Source: Lobosporangium transversale (Eukaryota). From it: a stretch of DNA of 64,000 nt. The DNA lies in the NCBI RefSeq assembly GCF_002105155.1, contig NW_019029023.1, positions 62,001 to 126,000 on the forward strand, read 5' to 3'. The notes beneath the pieces are model-generated. The model was not told where the DNA came from. It ran no database searches and saw nothing but the letters and a program-made list of their open reading frames with translations. Numbering within the stretch: position 1 is the first letter of the stretch; every line of letters starts with the position of its first letter. Position numbers and translations under genes: made by a program. Of the stretch, positions 11,938 to 23,669 are shown in pieces.

Positions 11938-14900
11938 TCATATTTTCATAACTTTCTGAGGGCTGACTTGGTTTCCAGCATCTTCATCTTTCCACTTGCG
12001 TTTGATTGTATCCAGAAAATCAACATGCTCCGCTGGGAAAATCTTGCGAATATCTTTCTGATCGATCTTGATCAACACTTGTTTTAGGTCATGGTCCGCT
12101 TCAGGTATTTTAGATTTGCGCAACTTTGCAAGCATATTCTCCCTATCCTCAACCTTCTTAGGACTAAGCCCCTGTATGCGACTCACGCTGTCTAATAGTT
12201 TGGCAGGATATGCAACTACTATACTAACAAAAGTATTACAAGGACAGTAATTCTTGAGTTCCCCAACATGCGTCTTGATACTCTTTTCCGATACTGTATC
12301 CACGGCCTTATTAGCTTCAAAAGTCGTAAGAGCATGTCGAAGCTTGAGCTGCACAAACACAGGGAAGATTTTTTCCTGGATTCGAATGTAAAAGACTATA
12401 TCCGGCCCTAAAGGCATATTTGACGGGAAGTAAAACGGGGGAACAGTCATATCTTCGTGTCTTGAGCTGTTGTTAACATGGGCAGACATGAAATCCTTCA
12501 TTGAAATATGCTCATGCGTGACCCCCTGGTTGCCGTTATCGCGTAAACCGATTATTTCTGCATCTCCATCGAGCTCTTCGCACATAGAACGGATCGTTGG
12601 GCTGTGATCCCAGTTACAAAGATTCTTATTCTCTGATCCTGATTGAAATACGTCCATGAAAACGCCAATCATCATCGGCTCCCACCCACGTCCTTGGGCT
12701 TGAGGACTGTCTGTTTGTTCCATCCATGCTTTTAAACTATTTACAAATTCAGGGTCCTGCGCCTTGAAATAGTTTTCTACTGCGGCCAGCACAAATGGTT
12801 CGTCTACCACAGTAGTTGTTTTCTTCCCGACAATACTGAACCTACCTAGAGCGTGTTCCACTAACAAAGGCTCTGCCCTTGGAAGTACTATACTCGTATC
12901 TCCATACATATAGCGCTGAAAGAGTAGTAGCTTTAAAATTTCATGAGCTGAGCATCGGATTCTTAAAATCCTTGGCTAGCTTAATATTTTGAGTAAATTT
13001 TCTCTCCAACCGAATAAGTTCATAGCAGAGGTTGGCTTTCTCTCTACATAAATCGTATGAGACAAGATCCTTTTCTACAAGATCGACTGCTCGCTTCCAT
13101 CCATCTTTCGTGTTGAATTCGATGGTCCTCTCAATCGCTTTGGTGATTGGACGAAAACGGCCAACAAGTTTTTTCACCATCAACTCAACAGCCTGTGGTG
13201 GTAGGAGTTCATCTAGGCGAGTTTTCGCGGCTTCGTCCTTAAGTAGGCCCTTAAGATTGGTGATATAAGTACTGACTGACTCATAACCAACCCATCCAGG
13301 GAACTCCATGCAGTCAAACTTCAGATATTCCAAGAATGATTCGAGCAATTCTGAAATGATTGGACTGCTGTATCCCTCCTGAATAGATCCACCCTTCTCT
13401 ACCCATGTAAGAGTGTAAATACAAAGTCTTGTCCCAGCAGTGACGATCGTGAGTTTCTCCAAACCTGCGATGCCTCGAGTTGCATGCAAAATAGGATAAA
13501 GCAATGACCGAGCAGGCTCTCTCGCTATCGTTGGCTCAAATTCATTAGGGTAAGCTTCACCAGGGATCCGCGCCTCATCGTATACTACTAAAAATCTTGT
13601 GGATCCTGAAGCACCCGAAATAACACCAAGAAGTTTCTGGGTCGCCTCAAATTCAAGTGCTACCATGGCGCGTAAGGTTGCTCCTGTTGTTCACTCTAGT
13701 TGGGTAAAGGCTCGAAAAAGTGTATCAAATACATCCAAGTTGAACATGTAAGGACAAGCTTGGAGTATAGTTCATCTTGCACATGTAAACGTACTCTTAT
13801 TATTCGGAACTTGCAAGCAGTATTGGAGGATCTTTAGTCGTGCAAGCAATAGTAGGAACGTTAATCGAATAGCTGGAAGTTGTTAGCGCTTCGATCTTCC
13901 GTAAGATGATTCGGAATCTCGTCATTTAGAACAGTCATGTCACCCGACCCCAAGTCATTTCCAGAAGCGTTGAAGTAAAATCCCCATTGACAAGATAATA
14001 GCTCAAGCACGCCACGGGTCTTGCCGCATCCACTCACTCCGAAAATGGGGACGATTCCTGAAGTATTATTCTTAATCAGATCATTAATTCCCTTTAAAAT
14101 AGGTCACTCCGCCGATATGTTGACCTGAGAGGGGTCTGGTAAATCCAGAAATAGTAGGTTCGGCCGATTGTCGACAGGCTTATTCTGGTTCCGAAGCCAA
14201 ACCCTCGGTAACCCAGCGATAATACCAGTCGTACGAGGCAATTCAAAGTCGGAATGACCTTTCACAAACTTGGTAAGATTGTTGGCTGCTTCCGATCCAG
14301 GCGCTAGGGAATTACCTACAATCCTTTTGATATTCTCGACTATGTTTCAAGTTTCCAAATACGAGACAAGATTATTAGACACCAAGACGTTTGCTGAATA
14401 AAAACAAAAGCTGCTCGATCGACACTCACCAGTTAACAACCCTGAAATGCACCATCAAAGAAGTACAGGGAAATTGATTAAAAAAATAGAAATAACAGAT
14501 TAAAACAAACTCACGAGCAAGAGAATAAAAGTAAAAGCCAAAGATGATATACCTGATTCATAAATAAACAAGTCAAGCCAGATAATAACAAGTACAAAGA
14601 ATAAAAAGTAGAATTAGAATAAGTTGTCAAGACCTCTTGGTATGTACACAATGAATATCATTTTAAAAGCCTAATCCATTCAATCTGTCAGCGGAGCCGT
14701 ACCTGATGCAGCAGCGGAAGAGCCAGTATCACAATAAAGGAAAAAGCTGATATACATATGAGTGGGAAAGAAGAGTAGTGTTTATAAAAAGTTGAAAAGA
14801 GGCATTGATGAGATCAGTTGAAATAATACGAAAGTGGATTGTTGTGCTGCGCAGTTGTAATTGCCACCAATTTTAGTGCAGGAAATATTTTGGTGGCGCG

Positions 14901-15345
14901 CAACTGCGGATAACTTGTGACAATGCGAGGTGGAGGAAGGATGGCTTTGGGGGTATTACATGACCATGGTGAGACAGAAATAAGCTCCATCGGCTGAAAA
15001 TATCCATCAAGAGCCAAATACATACCTCGCTGCGGTGGCTTGACAAGAATATGGATAGTTTCCTCTAGAAGTTCAGATTTAAATATGTTCCCAAGCTTCT
15101 TCGATGCGACTGTAAGAGCCATTTTTGACTTGATTTCTGACTCAAAGATGGCCTCGCTTCCGTCAGGGATGGAGACCTTGTAGAGGGTTAGCTTCTCTGG
15201 CGGGATATTACCAAACCTAGCAGGCGAATAGATGGCTTGCTTGAGTTCATCAACTGAACAATCGAAAAGAACCTTTACAGAAAAAGATGTTGATTCTCAA
15301 TACAAAAAATCTTTAGCTCGGTTGGCTCGGGGATTTTAGGGTCAT
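11938..15345 (-). pseudogene. Crinkler (CRN)-type effector: ubiquitin-like header + P-loop NTPase + PD-(D/E)xK nuclease; disrupted
   Basis: Header ELKIFCI/ESTSFSVKV..SVDELKQAI...KLTLYKVSIP...EETIHILVKPP (15026-15320, frameshift near 15297). Walker A PIFGVSGCGKTR then QWGFYFNAS (~13965-14050). Walker B FLVVYDEA. C-terminal PPFYFP...GPDIVF...VFVQLK. In-frame TGA at 14104-14106, 13772-13774 and 13691-13693, plus frameshifts near 13875 and 12945. Confidence 0.85.
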
Positions 15346-16642
15346 TGGTGCTTGAAGACACTTCATTCGCTTCTTCTTTCTTAAATAGTATGTCAATAAT
15401 CCCAAATACTTCTGGAACTAAGAAGCGACAACGGCAGTGTTACTAGATTTTAAAAAAAGTAAACACAAAAAAAAATCATGAAATAACGCATCTAAATTTC
15501 ACACTCAATCATTACTGACGTTATTAGAGTGATTATATCTACCTCTCTCGAGAAGACGGCGCCTTATCCATGCAATGTATGATAGAGGGTATGAATATGC
15601 ACCAAATAAAAAAAGAATAAAAAAGGATCCGTTCAGTATTTATCGAGATAACACCAAAAGTTACGACAAAGTTGAGTAATATTAAGGATTATATAGACTT
15701 TAAGCGTGAATGGCTCCTACTAGAGTGCTGGAAATCAGGCACTCTCGGAACGGCCGAAAGAGGAGCTTATTATCTTTGGTTTAAAACAACTCCTAAGTCA
15801 ATCCGTTCAGGATCAATGGAGTAACATCCGTATAAAGTATTTCAAGTACAGAAAAGAGTGAAAATATACCCAATGGGTTGTTGCGCCGGAATCTTGAGAG
15901 GCAGAGCCTAGCCAAAGCAGAGAATTACTCACCAAGGCTGTAGCTACGGTATGAGCCCTCGTTTTCAGTATTTCATGCAGTAGTTCTTTAGTAAATGAGC
16001 CTAGAATATCGAAAAACCACTATTTTCCTCGACCAAGCTGCTTTTCCTTAAGGAAAACTTTTTTTTTTCTGGCTATGAAACCAATAGTGATTTTGCCACC
16101 ATTGGATTCGTAATTGAAAAGTACATATAACCTGAGGGCTCTGTGGATTTTAAGTATATCCCTGTTGCGCTTCATCGCTTTTACCAAGTTTTGCAAAAAT
16201 GGTTTTCTAGATTGGTCACGTACCGTGTCCTAAATCACTCATCACATTACCAAAGATATCGACTTTCCTCAGAAAGTGTAAAACCCACTTTGAAAAGTTG
16301 CGCTTCGGTGCTCGCTACCGGTCCCAAGTGGAGCGAGCCCATTTGGCCCTAAAATGAGCGACTTTACTTATAAGGCTAAGGGTATCGACACGCCTTTTTG
16401 TCTTCACTTCATGATATACGCTCAAAAATACTTTATTATCATGTGATGTATATCGGAAATAAGAAAGTTTAAGTTCAGGATTGAATATTTATTTCCTTTC
16501 CTTTAAAATCTAAGGGGACTCATTTGCTCCTTATTTCTAGCTCAATCCTTTCGCCACAACGAACTCTTTCTCTATCCTTCCCCAACCTCCTTTTTTTTTC
16601 TTTTCTTTTAGCCCCCACATTTACTAAGGAAATTTTCCCACC

Positions 16643-16945
16643 ATGTCTTCTGTTGAAGGTCAAACAGCCGTCAATCTTACTGCTCCGAAGGACCAGCAGC
16701 TCCACCATCATGAGGAAGATATGCTTGCACAGCTGGATGTTGCAGCTGGAGCCAAACCAATTGTCCCACCTCATCTTCTAGCCAGGCTTCAACAGCTTGG
16801 GTTGCCCGACAAGTAAAGCTATTCCTTATTCGAATCGTTGTGTTTCTTTGTTTCCTTTTTATTGCCAAATACTTTACATGGATGATGAATGATGGTAGAC
16901 TAAAACTTTGCTGCTTTGCTATGGTAAATTACCCTTCTTTTCTTT

Positions 16946-16979
<34 letters not shown>

Positions 16980-17415
16980 GTGATAAAAAGAACTCAGCAG
17001 GACATTGAAAACAAGCTTGCCGAGGCTGAAGAGCGACGCAAGGTAAAAAAAAAAATGAAAAACAACCACGGAATAGCAGAAAAACACCCCCTAAATGCTT
17101 GATGGGCCATAATCAACTGCCTCTGTTACACCAAGAACTTCTTCGCGTTTTTTTTTTTTTTTTTTTTTTTTTTTTCAAATTGCTAAAATACATTGTACTT
17201 TTTGATACTGAATAAACTATTCTAAAGAAACTCGAGGAGGAGCGTGTTCAAAAGGCCCACGAGAATGTGAAGCATGCCAAAGAAGTCTCGGAAAAAATCA
17301 GGCAAGATGCTGACTTGAGTCGTGATGAATCTCTTGAGAAACTCCGAGAAAAGCAAGAGAACGCTGAACGTGTTCGACAAGAGCAGGTATGAACAAATGC
17401 TGTGTTTTTTTTAAG

Positions 17416-17446
<31 letters not shown>

Positions 17447-18210
17447 AAGTATCTGGCCATGATCAATTGCGAAAATTCTCTGAGATGAAGTTTCAGGTAA
17501 AAGCCATTCACAAGCCTATAACTCCTATTTATTCCCTTTACATATGACAGGAACGTCAACGTATCGCTAAACGAGAAGAGCGTTCTGCAAAGGTAGCCTC
17601 GTTTCAGAAGGATGAGAGGCAAGTCTCTTTTTTTCTTTTTTTTTTTTTTTTTTTCTTTTTCTTCCCGACCATCTAATATGCACAGATCCCGATGTGATGC
17701 CAATGCATAAAGCTTACCTTTTTGTTTTTCACTCCTCCTTTTCACAACACAGCCAAACGCGCGATAATGAGATCCGTGAAATCACCGAAAAGCTTGAACA
17801 GGCAGAGGCTAGGCGCAAGGCATTAGAAGAGGAAAAACGCCAAAAGCTGGAGGAGCATCTCCAGAAGGTCAAGTCGATTCGAGATCGTGATGCTGAATCA
17901 GAAAAGACTCTATATGAACAACAAAGGACTGAACTGGATCAAAAGATGAAAGCTGTGGAACAGCGAAGGCTCGATCTTGAGAATGCACTCAAGGAAAAGA
18001 TGCAAGCCAGACAAGCCATTGCAGAACAAGTTCGTCAGCGTATGTATAACAATGTGCATTGAATTTTTTTTTTTTTTTTTTTGATCCCCTGACCCCTTTT
18101 TCTGCTTTGCTTCCACTGTTCAATGTTTCTTTTCTCACGTTCTTAAAATATTCCAATTTTATTTTTGTACAGGCCAACAAGAACAGTCTGCTGCAGCAGC
18201 AGACAAGTAA
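16643..18210 (+). CDS. Stathmin-like charged coiled-coil protein (6 exons: 16643-16812, 16991-17042, 17228-17386, 17551-17618, 17753-18039, 18173-18210)
   Basis: The exons join in phase to give MSSVEGQ...VPPHLLARLQQLGLPDKTQQDIENKLAEAEERRKKLEEERVQKAHENVKHAKEVSEK...IREITEKLEQAEARRKALEEEKRQKLEEHLQKVKSIRDR...QQEQSAAAADK*. The gene structure is well supported. The stathmin assignment is by-eye similarity only. Confidence 0.6.
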
Positions 18211-18241
<31 letters not shown>

Positions 18242-18394
18242 GAAATTCTGCTGGAACATCTTGATACCTCCCTCGTACTCGCATTGAGATTGCTTTTAGC
18301 GACAGATGGCCAAAATAAAAATAAATGTTTTCAATGCAAATCTTCTTTATTAATGATTGATGTGTGTCAATAGGCTTCAATATCCTAAGTTTTC

Positions 18395-18994
18395 TTATGA
18401 TCCGCGATAGGTGGTGTAAGAGTAAGGACTGAGAAGCAAGGGGATGTGATAGTGCTGCTTCTCTGCACCAGGCGCAATCTCAAAGATGATCTGAATAAAG
18501 ACGAAAACAAAACAAAACAAAAAAAAAAAAAAAAAAAAAAAAAGATAATAATAATGAGTTTTGTGACAAGAGAGTTTGAGCATCAGACAACGCGACAATT
18601 TTTTTTTTTCCTCCCTTTACCTGAACATAAGGATGGAAGTAGCTGGAAACACCGACAGAAGGCCAGTACTCCGCAGTCTGGAAAGTCATCCTATAGATAC
18701 CAGCGACGAGCTGGTGTGAAGGATTCAAAAGTGTGCTGACGCGTCCATCCGAATCAGTAACACTAAGAAAAAAAAATAATAGTGAAGACCATATTTCAAT
18801 ATTCAAAAGTCGAACTTGTTTGAATAGACTTTGCATGATAGATTGATAGGTTTTTTTTTTTTTTTTTACCCTTCAGCAAGACCTTGCCAGAGAGCACCTG
18901 TGTTAAGCATCTCGAGCTTGACAGGCACATTGCGACCAGGCTTGCCACAGGATGAGTCAAGCACATGACATGTAATGGGGCTACGAGCTGCCAT
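18395..18994 (-). CDS. 5-hydroxyisourate hydrolase (transthyretin-related protein), 3 exons
   Basis: MAARSPITCHVLD..GKPG, TDSDGR, YFHPYV, HYHIPLLLSPYSYTTYRGS*. The C-terminal YRGS is diagnostic of HIUase. Confidence 0.95.
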
Positions 18995-19751
18995 GATGAA
19001 CAAAAAAAAAAAAAAAAGTTGAAGAATGAAGTGCAGATGCTAAATAAAAAAAAAAAAAATAAAGATCTATCTATCCTTTTTATACTAGTCATTGTTCCAT
19101 GTCCTTCGTTCGGAACTAACTGCCCGCTTTTTTTTATTTTTTTTTCCTGGGTCTCACCCGTTGAGACATGTCAACCCCGCAATTGTTGTTTCTTCACAAT
19201 TTCATAAAAGAATCTAACACGGCTCTCACTGGGCGCCAGAACGCGCTAGTTTCCTCGCACAGCCACCAGTAGTTAAAATTAAATGTGTATGTATATATAT
19301 ATCTCTCTGGTCATTCGGCCAGGATCTTAAATAATATCAACAGAGAGGAATCGCTGCATCATTCAAAATAAAATTCTCAGAAACGTGATACAGAGTAATG
19401 CCTCAAGACACTTCAACAGATCACTCTTGTCTCTTTTTTGTCTGGCAGAGTTTGTTCCCCCGAGCTAAGCTTCTCGAAGTTACACAATAACAATAATACA
19501 CAGATAATCCCATAGTAAAGGGAAAGTGCAGGAATATATTAAAAGTATCGCTTCGCTTAAGGAGCACAGGGTAGTCAATAGCATGTAGTAGTGTTCAAAT
19601 GCTTATACGGTTCCATATATTACCAGACAGTCCCGATTAATTACAACAATTAACATTTACACGAATGTACATATTTTTTTTTCTCTTTCTTCCCTTAAAG
19701 TCGCGTAAAAAAACTGTAATTTTAATTGTAAAATGGAACATACAATCATCT

Positions 19752-21433
19752 TTACTTCTTAAGCTTGCGGATGTAGAAGGCCAACTCCTGACCCTCAAGA
19801 ATGTATCCGTCGGCACGGCCACACTGACCAGGACGCGACGAGATGCAGGCGTAGAGACGACCGGCAGCGAATTGGTGGTCAAGAGCAGGGTCGACCTTGG
19901 ACTCGGCCTTGCGGGACTCGATCTTGCGCTGGACGTGGTTTGAGCGAGCCTTGGAGACTTCCTCAGACTCGGCCTAATTTCAAACCATCAGAGATAAAAG
20001 TTAATATCCAATAATGATAATTATTATTTCCTTCCTCTGGATTGATCATTCAATTCCCTTCCCAGAGTCGTAAAAAATGGCAGCCCATCACTTTAGAACT
20101 ATACTCGTTTGACCATCTTTGATTTCTCAGTTGATCCACGCCTGATCCTGTTGTTGCTGTTGATGCTGTTGATACTGTTGATACTGTTGATACTGTTGAT
20201 AATGCTGTTACTGTTGTAAATCCATTTAATCCAAGCCTTCTCCTGAATATCTTTTATATTATCGGAAAGAGTAAAGAAAATACATATATATATATATATA
20301 TATGTACATACCTTGACGACACCCTTGCCCTTGCGGGCACCAATGGGGACGGCATAGTGGGACTCGTACCACTGGCGGAAGGGAGTGGCGTCAACCTGGA
20401 CAATGGCATTCTTGACCAAGGTACCTGTGCGGACCAACTCGTTGTTCGAGGAGTTATAGACAACAGCAACAATACGGGTCTTGCGGGAGATGGCTTCAGA
20501 ACCCCAGGAGAAGTTGCCAGAGTCCAAGCGCATGGCACGGAACTTGCGGTTGCCTCCACGGGTGCGGACCTCGTGGATGCGCTTAGCACCGAGCTTAGTG
20601 TTGGCAGCCTGACGACCCAACTCGAACTTTCTCTTCTTGCGATATTGGGCACGCTTGGCTCCTGAAGCGGAGCGCTTGTGGCGGGAGTCTCTGCTGATAC
20701 CTGCATAATAATTGACAATGGTTGGTTTTTATACACAAACGTAAAATAGAAAAATGAGTTTTCGTATTTTTCAGCACATGGGGAAAAAAAGGTAAAAAAA
20801 AAAAAAAAAAAAAAAGTGATCGTTGCTTCATGAATCTAAAAGTTGCTGACGACATGTTGCTACTATTTTTTTTTTTTGTTGCTAAATGCATCTTTTCTTA
20901 ATGAAAAGATGTATGTTGTAATCCGTTTTTTTTTTTTTTTTTTTTTTGTTGCTCCACTGTCATATAGATATTATTGTATAACATTTGTTGATAGGTTCAT
21001 AGCCTCTCGTGTTGTTGAATATTCATATGAACTGAATGCCTCATAGTTTCTGATCTGATCTTTCTAAATAAGCTGAGTCGTATTTTTTTTAAAAAAAAAA
21101 AAAAATAATAATCGAAATCCTGCTTCGTCGCAATGGTTTCAATCAGTTGAATAAGTATTCTCGGATTGACCATTAAATTTCACATTGATGAAGCTTTCTA
21201 TAGTCATGCAACAGACTAATTGATTTGAGATGACAGATGGTGACGTCCATAAAGTTGTCTAAAGGTTCAGCAACAAGCAAAAAGACGATAACAACGCATA
21301 GATGGGCTCCTGTTTGTTCCTTGAGATGGATGGGTGTATCGGTATTGATGGATGATCTGTTTCCCCCCCCTTGCAAAAAAAATCCAGATATGATAATTCA
21401 ATCAGTCTCACTGGTTCAATGAGACTCACCCAT
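19752..21433 (-). CDS. RPS8: 40S ribosomal protein S8 (eS8), 3 exons; first exon contributes only ATGG
   Basis: [32 protein letters not shown]...SNNELVRT...[37 protein letters not shown] at 21433-21424. Intron 1 is 20701-21429 and intron 2 is about 19974-20311. Codons are C-ending biased. Confidence 0.97.
20157..20201. repeat. 9-bp tandem repeat (CTGTTGATA)x5 in RPS8 intron 2
   Basis: CTGTTGATG followed by four CTGTTGATA units. Confidence 0.9.
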
Positions 21434-22171
21434 AGTGTAAAATCAAAAGGAAGGAGCAAACACTGTCCCAACACCCTGTGTAGTCATATCTCCAAAAATT
21501 AAAAATTAATTGGTTTTCTTGCACTTAAGGGCACCATATCTACCCTACCTGAATACACAAATGTTACTAGGCAAAACCTTCTAGTGCTTTTTCCCTTTTC
21601 CTCATTTGCTACGCGTGTTTGGATTCCATGAAGCTCGCCTTCACTAGTAGTGTGTTTCTGAACGCGACTTTAACTAATATCCGAGTGTCAATGGTTGCTC
21701 TATCCATTGCATTTGCCGTGGACCATCTATCAATCATTTCAAGACAACAATTATCAAGAGCAAAAACGACAAGCTCAGAGGAGGGAGAGAAGAATGAGAG
21801 CAAAGGCAAGGAGGTTAAGAATAGCGAGACTAAGCATATGATTCTGCGTCTAATTTTGATGCTTGGTATATGCATGTATTAGCAAACCTGTTAGTAGTAG
21901 CAACAGCACCGTTAACAGTAGAAATAAACACCGATACTATAACAAAAAGACCAGTAGGCTTATTAAGAGCGATTGTTAAGGGAGTGCTATTGAAGAGATT
22001 AGCAAGCTGGATGCCATCGTTAATGAATCTTTGATTGACATCAAGCAAAGAGAAACACGGCATAGGTATTCAGCTTAAGCTTTATTGCAATTAGATATTA
22101 TATCATTCATATAAGACAAAGAAGGGAAAAGCAAGGTAGATTAACATTTTTTGTCATCCGGATATAAAAAT

Positions 22172-22555
22172 TTATCCACTCTTGAACAGAAGAATGGCGA
22201 TTTGATCCAGATAAAAGTAAATAAAGTGCTTGGTTTCTAAAGAAAGTTATAATAATAATAATAATAATGATGATGATGATGATGATGATGATGAGTAAGA
22301 GCCATTCATGCTTCTCCATTGATCAGGGATGTCGATTGGAAAGAACATACCATGAGTGACATAACTTCCAAAGTTACGACCTACGATACAGTGCCATGTA
22401 GCACCGTACTTCTTGTCAAATTCCTTTTTGATGTGAGCAGCAATATCCTTCTCGACCGTGTATTTTTCAAATGCCCTGATTGCACACTCTACTGCTTCCT
22501 GTTGCACATCCTCGGACATGTCGGCATTCTTGATTGTTGGGCGTGGGTCCACCAT
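22172..22555 (-). CDS. DYN2: Dynein light chain LC8 (exons 22555-22351, 22236-22172)
   Basis: IKNADMSED...[55 protein letters not shown], the canonical LC8 sequence. Confidence 0.97.
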
Positions 22556-23073
22556 TGTTGTGTATGTGCGTGTGTATATACTATTATTATGAATCTATTT
22601 GTTTGTAGTTTTTTTTTTTTTTAAAAAAAAAAAAAGGAGAGAGAGAATATCAATTATTAAGATGTAGTCTATTTAGGTAAAGTTTTAACCAAAGGATACT
22701 ACAATTGAGTTGGAAGTGAAAAATTAGCCTGGAATGTCACTTTGAAAGTTATTCAGTTTGTTTAGGCTCGATCGAAAGATGTTGTGCAAACGTTTTCAAC
22801 TATTCCAGTATCGTACATTCATATTACACACATGTCCTGAGAGTATCAGACAAATACAAAGACAGAGAGACGGAGGTATCATGTGCAAATGCCAATAGAG
22901 AGGGGAGCTTCGATTTCAAATCGGAAATAAATATGAATAATAGAAAATAACAGCGAAAGAAAGACATATGAAGGAGAAACTACTCAAAACTCGCGACAAA
23001 ATCCATTTTTACATCCTTGTGTAGTAAGCCGACGGCAACCTTTCCACAAATATCATCACTATTCCCATTGAGC

Positions 23074-23109
<36 letters not shown>

Positions 23110-23293
23110 ATCCATAGTTGTCTGTGTTATAATAAAGTTTTTCTTTTTTGTAGGCCCGAGTATTTTCCCCGTGAAAGGCTTTGTTTCTACAAATGTTAAT
23201 TACATGAGGCCATTCGAGACTAGATGAATAAGAATTGTATATTTTACCTTGCAATGGAAGTTGGTTAGGAATATATATTGTTATACTTTTTCT

Positions 23294-23324
<31 letters not shown>

Positions 23325-23669
23325 AGAAAAGTTAAAAAAAGAATGATGATTCAAATGCTCATTCATTCAATTCTTCAGACACTTTAAGTTTATGTCGAGG
23401 TCAAGGGGGTGCCAGAATTTACAACAGCAGATTTTGCAGCTCAAACTACGTGTTACCCTTGAGTAAGGCACATTTGAACAAATGGAAAGAGAAACGCTTT
23501 TCTTTTTTTTATTTTTGGTTTTTATTTTTATTTCATGGGTCGTAAAAAAAGCTAGTTGTTTCATTAAAGCAAGGAACCGCACAAAGAGGGATCAACTCCT
23601 GTTTGTTTTTTTTTTTCTTTTTTTTCTTTTTTTTTTTGTTATGTTATACTACTTTTCCATTATAATTCT

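Noticed and set aside
18796..19092. Possible N-terminal PTS2-bearing extension of HIU hydrolase
   Set aside because: The upstream ORF is out of frame with the hydrolase, runs through poly(T), and has no RLx5HL motif.
21609..22070. Overlapping 77-88 aa ORFs between RPS8 and dynein light chain
   Set aside because: No recognisable motif or consistent exon structure. It may be a decayed fragment but I cannot support that.
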